From assembly GCA_040954595.2 (NCBI GenBank), contig CM082597.2, forward strand, positions 850,886 to 914,885: 64,000 nt of DNA. The letters are read 5' to 3'. A model generated the notes under the pieces. It saw only the letters and a list, made by a program, of their open reading frames with translations, did not search any database and was not told the DNA's origin. Source of the stretch: Balanoglossus misakiensis. Taxonomy: Eukaryota; Animalia; Hemichordata. This document shows positions 1-13,382 of this stretch, piece by piece (the stretch's first letter is position 1; every line of letters begins with the position of its first letter). A program made the position numbers and the translations under genes.

Positions 1-3000
1 TACCATCCATGGTTTTTGTCGAAAAACCGCGAATTTTCGAGTTGCCGAATTTCGCGATTTTCGGCCGATGAGAACACATCTCATGGGTTAACCATCATGG
101 TTTTTGTCGAAAAACCGCGAATTTTCGAGTTGCCGAATTTCGCGATTTTCGGCCGATTTGAACATTTTTCATGGGTTAACCATCATGGTTTTTTGTCGAA
201 AAACCGCGAATTTTCGAGTTGCCGAATTTCGCGATTTTCGGCCGATTTGAACATTTTTCATGGGTTAACCATCATGGTTTTTGTCGAAAAACCGCGAATT
301 TTCGAGTTGCCGAATTTCGCGATTTTCGGCCGATTTGAACATTTTTCGTGGGTTAACCATCATGGTTTTTGTCGAAAAACCGCGAATTTTCGAGTTGCCG
401 AATTTCGCGATTTTCGGCCGATTTGAACATTTTTCGTGGGTTAACCATCATGGTTTTTGTCGAAAAACCGCGAATTTTCGAGTTGCCGAATTTCGCGATT
501 TTCGGCCGATTTGAACATTTTTCGTGGGTTAACCATCATGGTTTTTGTCGAAAAACCGCGAATTTTCGAGTTGCCGAATTTCGCGATTTTCGGCCGATTT
601 GAACATTTTTCGTGGGTTAACCATCATGGTTTTTGTCGAAAAACCGCGAATTTTCGAGTTGCCGAATTTCGCGATTTTCGGCCGATTTGAACATTTTTCA
701 TGGGTTAACCATCATGGTTTTTGTCGAAAAACCGCGAATTTTCGAGTTGCCGAATTTCGCGATTTTCGGCCGATTTGAACATTTTTCATGGGTTAACCAT
801 CATGGTTTTTGTCGAAAAACCGCGAATTTTCGAGTTGCCGAATTTCGCGATTTTCGGCCGATTTGAACATTTTTCATGGGTTAACCATCATGGTTTTTGT
901 CTAAAAACCGCGAATTTTCGAGTTGCCGAATTTCGAGATTTTCGGCCGATTTGAACATTTTTCATGGGTTAACCATCATGGTTTTTGTCGAAAAACCGCG
1001 AATTTTCGAGTTGCCGAATTTCGAGATTTTCGGCCGATTTGAACATTTTTCATGGGTTAACCATCATGGTTTTTGTCGAAAAACCGCGAATTTTCGAGTT
1101 GCCGAATTTCGAGATTTTCGGCCGATTTGAACATTTTTCATGGGTTAACCATCATGGTTTTTGTCGAAAAACCGCGAATTTTCGAGTTGCCGAATTTCGA
1201 GATTTTCGGCCGATTTGAACATTTTTCATGGGTTAACCATCATGGTTTTTGTCGAAAAACCGCGAATTTTCGAGTTGCCGAATTTCGAGATTTTCGGCCG
1301 ATTTGAACATTTTTCATGGGTTAACCATCATGGTTTTTGTCGAAAAACCGCGAATTTTCGAGTTGCCGAATTTCGAGATTTTCGGCCGATTTGAACATTT
1401 TTCATGGGTTAACCATCATGGTTTTTGTCGAAAAACCGCGAATTTTCGAGTTGCCGAATTTCGAGATTTTCGGCCGATTTGAACATTTTTCATGGGTTAA
1501 CCATCATGGTTTTTGTCGAAAAACCGCGAATTTTCGAGTTGCCGAATTTCGAGATTTTCGGCCGATTTGAACATTTTTCATGGGTTAACCATCATGGTTT
1601 TTGTCGAAAAACCGCGAATTTTCGAGTTGCCGAATTTCGAGATTTTCGGCCGATTTGAACATTTTTCATGGGTTAACCATCATGGTTTTTGTCGAAAAAC
1701 CGCGAATTTTCGAGTTGCCGAATTTCGAGATTTTCGGCCGATTTGAACATTTTTCATGGGTTAACCATCATGGTTTTTGTCGAAAAACCGCGAATTTTCG
1801 AGTTGCCGAATTTCGAGATTTTCGGCCGATTTGAACATTTTCATGGGTTAACCATCATGGTTTTTGTCGAAAAACCGCGAATTTTCGAGTTGCCGAATTT
1901 CGAGATTTTCGGCCGATTTGAACATTTTTCATGGGTTAACCATCATGGTTTTTGTCGAAAAACCGCGAATTTTCGAGTTGCCGAATTTCGAGATTTTCGG
2001 CCGATTTGAACATTTTTCATGGGTTAACCATCATGGTTTTTGTCGAAAAACCGCGAATTTTCGAGTTGCCGAATTTCGAGATTTTCGGCCGATTTGAACA
2101 TTTTTCATGGGTTAACCATCATGGTTTTTGTCGAAAAACCGCGAATTTTCGAGTTGCCGAATTTCGAGATTTTCGGCCGATTTGAACATTTTTCATGGGT
2201 TAACCATCATGGTTTTTGTCGAAAAACCGCGAATTTTCGAGTTGCCGAATTTCGAGATTTTCGGCCGATTTGAACATTTTTCATGGGTTAACCATCATGG
2301 TTTTTGTCGAAAAACCGCGAATTTTCGAGTTGCCGAATTTCGAGATTTTCGGCCGATTTGAACATTTTTCATGGGTTAACCATCATGGTTTTTGTCGAAA
2401 AACCGCGAATTTTCGAGTTGCCGAATTTCGAGATTTTCGGCCGATTTGAACATTTTTCATGGGTTAACCATCATGGTTTTTGTCGAAAAACCGCGAATTT
2501 TCGAGTTGCCGAATTTCGCGATTTTCGGCCGATTTGAACATTTTTCATGGGTTAACCATCATGGTTTTTGTCGAAAAACCGCGAATTTTCGAGTTGCCGA
2601 ATTTCGAGATTTTCGGCCGATTTGAACATTTTTCATGGGTTAACCATCATGGTTTTTGTCGAAAAACCGCGAATTTTCGAGTTGCCGAATTTCGCGATTT
2701 TCGGCCGATTTGAACATTTTTCATGGGTTAACCATCATGGTTTTTGTCGAAAAACCGCGAATTTTCGAGTTGCCGAATTTCGCGATTTTCGGCCGATTTG
2801 AACATTTTTTCATGGGTTAACCATCATGGTTTTTGTCGAAAAACCGCGAATTTTCGAGTTGCCGAATTTCGCGATTTTCGGCCGATTTGAACATTTTTCA
2901 TGGGTTAACCATCATGTTTTTGTCGAAAAACCGCGAATTTTCGAGTTGCCGAATTTCGCGATTTTCGGCCGATTTGAACATTTTTCATGGGTTAACCATC

Positions 3001-6000
3001 ATGGTTTTTGTCGAAAAACCGCGAATTTTCGAGTTGCCGAATTTCGCGATTTTCGGCCGATTTGAACATTTTTCATGGGTTAACCATCATGGTTTTTGTC
3101 GAAAAACCGCGAATTTTCGAGTTGCCGAATTTCGAGATTTTCGGCCGATTTGAACATTTTTCATGGGTTAACCATCATGGTTTTTGTCGAAAAACCGCGA
3201 ATTTTCGAGTTGCCGAATTTCGAGATTTTCGGCCGATTTGAACATTTTTCATGGGTTAACCATCATGGTTTTTGTCGAAAAACCGCGAATTTTCGAGTTG
3301 CCGAATTTCGAGATTTTCGGCCGATTTGAACATTTTTCATGGGTTAACCATCATGGTTTTTGTCGAAAAACCGCGAATTTTCGAGTTGCCGAATTTCGAG
3401 ATTTTCGGCCGATTTGAACATTTTTCATGGGTTAACCATCATGGTTTTTGTCGAAAAACCGCGAATTTTCGAGTTGCCGAATTTCTAGATTTTCGGCCGA
3501 TTTGAACATTTTTCATGGGTTAACCATCATGGTTTTTGTCGAAAAACCGCGAATTTTCGAGTTGCCGAATTTCGAGATTTTCGGCCGATTTGAACATTTT
3601 TCATGGGTTAACCATCATGGTTTTTGTCGAAAAACCGCGAATTTTCGAGTTGCCGAATTTCGAGATTTTCGGCCGATTTGAACATTTTTCATGGGTTAAC
3701 CATCATGGTTTTTGTCGAAAAACCGCGAATTTTCGAGTTGCCGAATTTCGAGATTTTCGGCCGATTTGAACATTTTTCATGGGTTAACCATCATGGTTTT
3801 TGTCGAAAAACCGCGAATTTTCGAGTTGCCGAATTTCGCGATTTTCGGCCGATTTGAACATTTTTCATGGGTTAACCATCATGGTTTTTGTCGAAAACCG
3901 CGAATTTTCGAGTTGCCGAATTTCGAGATTTTCGGCCGATTTGAACATTTTTCATGGGTTAACCATCATGGTTTTTGTCGAAAAACCGCGAATTTTCGAG
4001 TTGCCGAATTTCGAGATTTTCGGCCGATTTGAACATTTTTCATGGGTTAACCATCATGGTTTTTGTCGAAAAACCGCGAATTTTCGAGTTGCCGAATTTC
4101 GAGATTTTCGGCCGATTTGAACATTTTTCATGGGTTAACCATCATGGTTTTTGTCGAAAAACCGCGAATTTTCGAGTTGCCGAATTTCGAGATTTTCGGC
4201 CGATTTGAACATTTTTCATGGGTTAACCATCATGGTTTTTGTCGAAAAACCGCGAATTTTCGAGTTGCCGATTTCGAGATTTTCGGCCGATTTGAACATT
4301 TTTCATGGGTTAACCATCATGGTTTTTGTCGAAAAACCGCGAATTTTCGAGTTGCCGAATTTCGAGATTTTCGGCCGATTTGAACATTTTTCATGGGTTA
4401 ACCATCATGGTTTTTGTCGAAAAACCGCGAATTTTCGAGTTGCCGAATTTCGCGATTTTCGGCCGATTTGAACATTTTTCATGGGTTAACCATCATGGTT
4501 TTTGTCGAAAAACCGCGAATTTTCGAGTTGCCGAATTTCGAGATTTTCGGCCGATTTGAACATTTTTCATGGGTTAACCATCATGGTTTTTGTCGAAAAA
4601 CCGCGAATTTTCGAGTTGCCGAATTTCGCGATTTTCGGCCGATTTGAACATTTTTCATGGGTTAACCATCATGGTTTTTGTCGAAAAACCGCGAATTTTC
4701 GAGTTGCCGAATTTCGAGATTTTCGGCCGATTTGAACATTTTTCATGGGTTAACCATCATGGTTTTTGTCGAAAAACCGCGAATTTTCGAGTTGCCGGAT
4801 TTTCGAGATTTTCGGCCGATTTGAACATTTTTCATGGGTTAACCATCATGGTTTTTGTCGAAAAACCGCGAATTTTCGAGTTGCCGAATTTCGAGATTTT
4901 CGGCCGATTTGAACATTTTTCATGGGTTAACCATCATGGTTTTTGTCGAAAAACCGCGAATTTTCGAGTTGCCGAATTTCGAGATTTTCGGGCCGATTTG
5001 AACATTTTTCATGGGTTAACCATCATGGTTTTTGTCGAAAAACCGCGAATTTTCGAGTTGCCGAATTTCGAGATTTTCGGCCGATTTGAACATTTTTCAT
5101 GGGTTAACCATCATGGTTTTTGTCGAAAAACCGCGAATTTTCGAGTTGCCGAATTTCGAGATTTTCGGCCGATTTGAACATTTTTCATGGGTTAACCATC
5201 ATGGTTTTTGTCGAAAAACCGCGAATTTTCGAGTTGCCGAATTTCGAGATTTTCGGCCGATTTGAACATTTTTCATGGGTTAACCATCATGGTTTTTGTC
5301 GAAAAACCGCGAATTTTCGAGTTGCCGAATTTCGAGATTTTCGGCCGATTTGAACATTTTTCATGGGTTAACCATCATGGTTTTTGTCGAAAAACCGCGA
5401 ATTTTCGAGTTGCCGAATTTCGAGATTTTCGGCCGATTTGAACATTTTTCATGGGTTAACCATCATGGTTTTTGTCGAAAAACCGCGAATTTTCGAGTTG
5501 CCGAATTTCGCGATTTTCGGCCGATTTGAACATTTTTCATGGGTTAACCATCATGGTTTTTGTCGAAAAACCGCGAATTTTCGAGTTGCCGAATTTCGCG
5601 ATTTTCGGCCGATTTGAACATTTTTCATGGGTTAACCATCATGGTTTTTGTCGAAAAACCGCGAATTTTCGAGTTGCCGAATTTCGAGATTTTCGGCCGA
5701 TTTGAACATTTTTCATGGGTTAACCATCATGGTTTTTGTCGAAAAACCGCGAATTTTCGAGTTGCCGAATTTCGCGATTTTCGGCCGATTTGAACATTTT
5801 TCATGGGTTAACCATCATGGTTTTTGTCGAAAAACCGCGAATTTTCGAGTTGCCGAATTTCGAGATTTTCGGCCGATTTGAACATTTTTCATGGGTTAAC
5901 CATCATGGTTTTTGTCGAAAAACCGCGAATTTTCGAGTTGCCGAATTTCGAGATTTTCGGCCGATTTGAACATTTTTCATGGGTTAACCATCATGGTTTT

Positions 6001-9000
6001 TGTCGAAAAACCGCGAATTTTCGATTTGCCGAATTTCGAGATTTTCGGCCGATTTGAACATTTTTCATGGGTTAACCATCATGGTTTTTGTCGAAAACCG
6101 CGAATTTTCGAGTTGCCGAATTTCGAGATTTTCGGCCGATTTGAACATTTTTCATGGGTTAACCATCATGGTTTTTGTCGAAAAACCGCGAATTTTCGAG
6201 TTGCCGAATTTCGAGATTTTCGGCCGATTTGAACATTTTTCATGGGTTAACCATCATGGTTTTTGTCGAAAAACCGCGAATTTTCGAGTTGCCGAATTTC
6301 GAGATTTTCGGCCGATTTGAACATTTTTCATGGGTTAACCATCATGGTTTTTGTCGAAAAACCGCGAATTTTCGAGTTGCCGAATTTCGAGATTTTCGGC
6401 CGATTTGAACATTTTTCATGGGTTAACCATCATGGTTTTTGTCGAAAAACCGCGAATTTTCGAGTTGCCGAATTTCGAGATTTTCGGCCGATTTGAACAT
6501 TTTTCATGGGTTAACCATCATGGTTTTTGTCGAAAAACCGCGAATTTTCGAGTTGCCGAATTTCGAGATTTTCGGCCGATTTGAACATTTTTCATGGGTT
6601 AACCATCATGGTTTTTGTCGAAAAACCGCGAATTTTCGAGTTGCCGAATTTCGAGATTTTCGGCCGATTTGAACATTTTTCATGGGTTAACCATCATGGT
6701 TTTTGTCGAAAAACCGCGAATTTTCGAGTTGCCGAATTTCGAGATTTTCGGCCGATTTGAACATTTTTCATGGGTTAACCATCATGGTTTTTGTCGAAAA
6801 ACCGCGAATTTTCGAGTTGCCGAATTTCGAGATTTTCGGCCGATTTGAACATTTTTCATGGGTTAACCATCATGGTTTTTGTCGAAAAACCGCGAATTTT
6901 CGAGTTGCCGAATTTCGAGATTTTCGGCCGATTTGAACATTTTTCATGGGTTAACCATCATGGTTTTTGTCGAAAAACCGCGAATTTTCGAGTTGCCGAA
7001 TTTCGAGATTTTCGGCCGATTTGAACATTTTTCATGGGTTAACCATCATGGTTTTTGTCGAAAAACCGCGAATTTTCGAGTTGCCGAATTTCGAGATTTT
7101 CGGCCGATTTGAACATTTTTCATGGGTTAACCATCATGGTTTTTGTCGAAAAACCGCGAATTTTCGAGTTGCCGAATTTCGAGATTTTCGGCCGATTTGA
7201 ACATTTTTCATGGGTTAACCATCATGGTTTTTGTCGAAAAACCGCGAATTTTCGAGTTGCCGAATTTCGAGATTTTCGGCCGATTTGAACATTTTTCATG
7301 GGTTAACCATCATGGTTTTTGTCGAAAAACCGCGAATTTTCGAGTTGCCGAATTTCGAGATTTTCGGCCGATTTGAACATTTTTCATGGGTTAACCATCA
7401 TGGTTTTTGTCGAAAAACCGCGAATTTTCGAGTTGCCGAATTTCGCGATTTTCGGCCGATTTGAACATTTTTCATAGGTTAACCATCATGGTTTTTGTCG
7501 AAAAACCGCGAATTTTCGAGTTGCCGAATTTCGCGATTTTCGGCCGATTTGAACATTTTTCATGGGTTAACCATCATGGTTTTTGTCGAAATACCGCGAA
7601 TTTTCGAGTTGCCGAGTTTCGCGATTTTCGGCCGATTTGAACATTTTTCATGGGTTAACCATCATGGTTTTTGTCGAAAAACCGCGAATTTTCGAGTTGC
7701 CGATTTCGCGATTTTTCGGCCGATTTGAACATTTTTCATGGGTTAACCATCATGGTTTTTGTCGAAAAACCGCGAATTTTCGAGTTGCCGAATTTCGCGA
7801 TTTTCGGCCGATTTGAACATTTTTCATGGGTTAACCATCATGGTTTTTGTCGAAAAACCGCGAAATTTCGAGTTGCCGAATTTCGCGATTTTCGGCCGAT
7901 TTGAACATTTTTCATGGGTTAACCATCATGGTTTTTGTCGAAAAACCGCGAATTTTCGAGTTGCCGAATTTCGCGATTTTCGGCCGATTTGAACATTTTT
8001 CATGGGTTAACCATCATGGTTTTTGTCGAAAAACCGCGAAATTTCGAGTTGCCGAATTTCGCGATTTTCGGCCGATTTGAACATTTTTCATGGGTTAACC
8101 ATCATGGTTTTTGTCGAAAAACCGCGAATTTTCGAGTTGCCGAATTTCGCGATTTTCGGCCGATTTGAACATTTTTCATGGGTTAACCATCATGGTTTTT
8201 GTCGAAAAACCGCGAATTTTCGAGTTGCCGAATTTCGCGATTTTCGGCCGATTTGAACATTTTTCATGGGTTAACCATCATGGTTTTTGTCGAAAAACCG
8301 CGAATTTTCGAGTTGCCGAATTTCGCGATTTTCGGCCGATTTGAACATTTTTCATGGGTTAACCATCATGGTTTTTGTCGAAAAACCGCGAATTTTCGAG
8401 TTGCCGAATTTCGCGATTTTCGGCCGATTTGAACATTTTTCATGGGTTAACCATCATGGTTTTTGTCGAAAAACCGCGAATTTTCGAGTTGCCGAATTTC
8501 GAGATTTTCGGCCGATTTGAACATTTTTCATGGGTTAACCATCATGGTTTTTGTCGAAAAACCGCGAATTTTCGAGTTGCCGAATTTCGCGATTTCGGCC
8601 GATTTGAACATTTTTCATGGGTTAACCATCATGGTTTTTGTCGAAAAACCGCGAATTTTCGAGTTGCCGAATTTCGCGATTTTCGGCCGATTTGAACATT
8701 TTTCATGGGTTAACCATCATGGTTTTTGTCGAAAAACCGCGAATTTTCGAGTTGCCGAATTTCGCTATTTTCGGCCGATTTGAACATTTTTCATGGGTTA
8801 ACCATCATGGTTTTTGTCGAAAAACCGCGAATTTCGAGTTGCCGAATTTCGCTATTTTCGGCCGATTTGAACATTTTTCATGGGTTAACCATCATGGTTT
8901 TTGTCGAAAAACCGCGAATTTTTGAGTTGCCGAATTTCGAGATTTTCGGCCGATTTGAACATTTTTCATGGGTTAACCATCATGGTTTTTGTCGAAAAAC

Positions 9001-12000
9001 CGCGAATTTTTGAGTTGCCGAATTTCGAGATTTTCGGCCGATTTGAACATTTTTCATGGGTTAACCATCATGGTTTTTGTCGAAAAACCGCGAATTTTCG
9101 AGTTGCCGAATTTCGAGATTTTCGGCCGATTTGAACATTTTTCATGGGTTAACCATCATGGTTTTTGTCGAAAAACCGCGAATTTTCGAGTTGCCGAATT
9201 TCGAGATTTTCGGCCGATTTGAACATTTTTCATGGGTTAACCATCATGGTTTTTGTCGAAAAACCACGAATTTTCGAGTTGCCGAATTTCGAGATTTTCG
9301 GCCGATTTGAACATTTTTCATGGGTTAACCATCATGGTTTTTGTCGAAAAACCACGAATTTTCGAGTTGCCGAATTTCGAGATTTTCGGCCGATTTGAAC
9401 ATTTTTCATGGGTTAACCATCATGGTTTTTGTCGAAAAACCACGAATTTTCGAGTTGCCGAATTTCGAGATTTTCGGCCGATTTGAACATTTTTCATGGG
9501 TTAACCATCATGGTTTTTGTCGAAAAACCACGAATTTTCGAGTTGCCGAATTTCGAGATTTTCGGCCGATTTGAACATTTTTCATGGGTTAACCATCATG
9601 GTTTTTGTCGAAAAACCACGAATTTTCGAGTTGCCGAATTTCGAGATTTTCGGCCGATTTGAACATTTTTCATGGGTTAACCATCATGGTTTTTGTCGAA
9701 AAACCACGAATTTTCGAGTTGCCGAATTTCGAGATTTTCGGCCGATTTGAACATTTTTCATGGGTTAACCATCATGGTTTTTGTCGAAAAACCACGAATT
9801 TTCGAGTTGCCGAATTTCGAGATTTTCGGCCGATTTGAACATTTTTCATGGGTTAACCATCATGGTTTTTGTCGAAAAACCACGAATTTTCGAGTTGCCG
9901 AATTTCGAGATTTTCGGCCGATTTGAACATTTTTCATGGGTTAACCATCATGGTTTTTGTCGAAAAACCACGAATTTTCGAGTTGCCGAATTTCGAGATT
10001 TTCGGCCGATTTGAACATTTTTCATGGGTTAACCATCATGGTTTTTGTCGAAAAACCACGAATTTTCGAGTTGCCGAATTTCGAGATTTTCGGCCGATTT
10101 GAACATTTTTCATGGGTTAACCATCATGGTTTTTGTCGAAAAACCACGAATTTTCGAGTTGCCGAATTTCGAGATTTTCGGCCGATTTGAACATTTTTCA
10201 TGGGTTAACCATCATGGTTTTTGTCGAAAAACCACGAATTTTCGAGTTGCCGAATTTCGAGATTTTCGGCCGATTTGAACATTTTTCATGGGTTAACCAT
10301 CATGGTTTTTGTCGAAAAACCACGAATTTTCGAGTTGCCGAATTTCGAGATTTTCGGCCGATTTGAACATTTTTCATGGGTTAACCATCATGGTTTTTGT
10401 CGAAAAACCACGAATTTTCGAGTTGCCGAATTTCGAGATTTTCGGCCGATTTGAACATTTTTCATGGGTTAACCATCATGGTTTTTGTCGAAAAACCACG
10501 AATTTTCGAGTTGCCGAATTTCGAGATTTTCGGCCGATTTGAACATTTTTCATGGGTTAACCATCATGGTTTTTGTCGAAAAACCACGAATTTTCGAGTT
10601 GCCGAATTTCGAGATTTTCGGCCGATTTGAACATTTTTCATGGGTTAACCATCATGGTTTTTGTCGAAAAACCACGAATTTTCGAGTTGCCGAATTTCGA
10701 GATTTTCGGCCGATTTGAACATTTTTCATGGGTTAACCATCATGGTTTTTGTCGAAAAACCACGAATTTTCGAGTTGCCGAATTTCGAGATTTTCGGCCG
10801 ATTTGAACATTTTTCATGGGTTAACCATCATGGTTTTTGTCGAAAAACCACGAATTTTCGAGTTGCCGAATTTCGAGATTTTCGGCCGATTTGAACATTT
10901 TTCATGGGTTAACCATCATGGTTTTTGTCGAAAAACCACGAATTTTCGAGTTGCCGAATTTCGAGATTTTCGGCCGATTTGAACATTTTTCATGGGTTAA
11001 CCATCATGGTTTTTGTCGAAAAACCGCGAATTTTCGAGTTGCCGAATTTCGAGATTTTCGGCCGATTTGAACATTTTTCATGGGTTAACCATCATGGTTT
11101 TTGTCGAAAAACCGCGAATTTTCGAGTTGCCGAATTTCGCGATTTTCGGCCGATTTGAACATTTTTCATGGGTTAACCATCATGGTTTTTGTCGAAAAAC
11201 CACGAATTTTCGAGTTGCCGAATTTCGAGATTTTCGGCCGATTTGAACATTTTTCATGGGTTAACCATCATGGTTTTTGTCGAAAAACCACGAATTTTCG
11301 AGTTGCCGAATTTCGAGATTTTCGGCCGATTTGAACATTTTTCATGGGTTAACCATCATGGTTTTTGTCGAAAAACCACGAATTTTCGAGTTGCCGAATT
11401 TCGAGATTTTCGGCCGATTTGAACATTTTTCATGGGTTAACCATCATGGTTTTTGTCGAAAAACCACGAATTTTCGAGTTGCCGAATTTCGAGATTTTCG
11501 GCCGATTTGAACATTTTTCATGGGTTAACCATCATGGTTTTTGTCGAAAAACCGCGAATTTTCGAGTTGCCGAATTTCGAGATTTTCGGCCGATTTGAAC
11601 ATTTTTCATGGGTTAACCATCATGGTTTTTGTCGAAAAACCGCGAATTTTCGAGTTGCCGAATTTCGCGATTTTCGGCCGATTTGAACATTTTTCATGGG
11701 TTAACCATCATGGTTTTTGTCGAAAAACCACGAATTTTCGAGTTGCCGAATTTCGAGATTTTCGGCCGATTTGAACATTTTTCATGGGTTAACCATCATG
11801 GTTTTTGTCGAAAAACCACGAATTTTCGAGTTGCCGAATTTCGAGATTTTCGGCCGATTTGAACATTTTTCATGGGTTAACCATCATGGTTTTTGTCGAA
11901 AAACCACGAATTTTCGAGTTGCCGAATTTCGAGATTTTCGGCCGATTTGAACATTTTTCATGGGTTAACCATCATGGTTTTTGTCGAAAAACCACGAATT

Positions 12001-12670
12001 TTCGAGTTGCCGAATTTCGAGATTTTCGGCCGATTTGAACATTTTTCATGGGTTAACCATCATGGTTTTTGTCGAAAAACCACGAATTTTCGAGTTGCCG
12101 AATTTCGAGATTTTCGGCCGATTTGAACATTTTTCATGGGTTAACCATCATGGTTTTTGTCGAAAAACCACGAATTTTCGAGTTGCCGAATTTCGAGATT
12201 TTCGGCCGATTTGAACATTTTTCATGGGTTAACCATCATGGTTTTTGTCGAAAAACCACGAATTTTCGAGTTGCCGAATTTCGGGATTTTCGGCCGATTT
12301 GAACATTTTTCATGGGTTAACCATCATGGTTTTTGTCGAAAAACCACGAATTTTCGAGTTGCCGAATTTCGAGATTTTCGGCCGATTTGAACATTTTTCA
12401 TGGGTTAACCATCATGGTTTTTGTCGAAAAACCACGAATTTTCGAGTTGCCGAATTTCGCGATTTTCGGCCGATTTGAACATTTTTCATGGGTTAACCAT
12501 CATGGTTTTTGTCGAAAAACCACGAATTTTCGAGTTGCCGAATTTCGAGATTTTCGGCCGTTTTGAACATTTTTCATGGGTTAACCATCATGGTTTTTGT
12601 CGAAAAACCGCGAATTTTCGAGTTGCCGAATTTCGCGATTTTCGGCCGTTTTGAACATTTTTCATAGGTT
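1..12670. repeat. 88-bp tandem satellite array, ~144 copies, truncated by the window start
   Basis: Consensus ccatcatggtttttgtcgaaaaaccgcgaattttcgagttgccgaatttcg(a/c)gattttcggccgatttgaacatttttcatgggttaa repeats head-to-tail with no spacers. ORF-track starts step by 88 bp. The array ends at ttcataggtt (~12670), followed by ~50 bp of degenerate sequence. Confidence 0.99.
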
Positions 12671-13382
12671 GTACATCAAAATTTTTCCAAAAAATCGCCA
12701 AGTCTCATCGGGTTTATTAGTCACTTTTTTATTAAACAAAGAAAAAACACCTGAGAGATAATGTTCCCAGTGCAGAGTTTAAACTTAAACAACAACAAAA
12801 ATACAGGATGAAGCTGCAGTTTCCAAAATATTACATAGTTGTCTTTTATATGCTTATGAAATAAATTAAACTGTACATACAGTAATAGTATTAATTAAAA
12901 AGTCAAGATTCTGAGTGTAATAAAATTGCATCTCCTCATCAACTAATAAATACATTTTCTTCCTTGTATAATTTTTTCTTTGTATCTACCGGTTTCTATG
13001 CGAAGTGCTAAAATCCCAAATCTGAACTAAGCATAAAGTGAACAGGTATTCGTCTCACCATGAAGTAAATCACTGTCTCTTGTCTGCTATTCTAGTCACC
13101 AAAAGGCGGTGTTGCTGCTGAACTAATAATGTAAAACTACGAAAATATATTGTCAATAGATGTATAAGCTTCTATAATTGTAAAACAGTGAAACACTGCT
13201 GTCAAAATGATTACTGTCAAAAGTATCCACACTTTTATGTAAAATGGAGGTAACTTTCATGTCACCATTGTCGCTAACTAGTCATATTTTCTGTCTAAAT
13301 ATCGCATGTTTCCAATGCATATATGTAAATAAAAGTTGTACATTTTAGCAATACATGAACTTCAGTTCGGCAGGCACAGGGT

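Noticed and set aside
1-90. Divergent first satellite unit (gatgagaacacatc) as a biological boundary
   Set aside because: It lies at the window edge and may be low-quality contig-end sequence; it cannot be interpreted without upstream sequence.
16-12654. About 140 near-identical 77-195 aa ORFs (MSKNREFSS...)
   Set aside because: Artefact of an 88-bp period: each ORF cycles through the three frames and hits the same stop about every 264 bp. Longer ORFs coincide with single-base indels and most starts are TTG.
1-12670. CRISPR array
   Set aside because: Repeats are contiguous with no unique spacers, no cas genes are present, and the context is an intron-containing eukaryotic genome.
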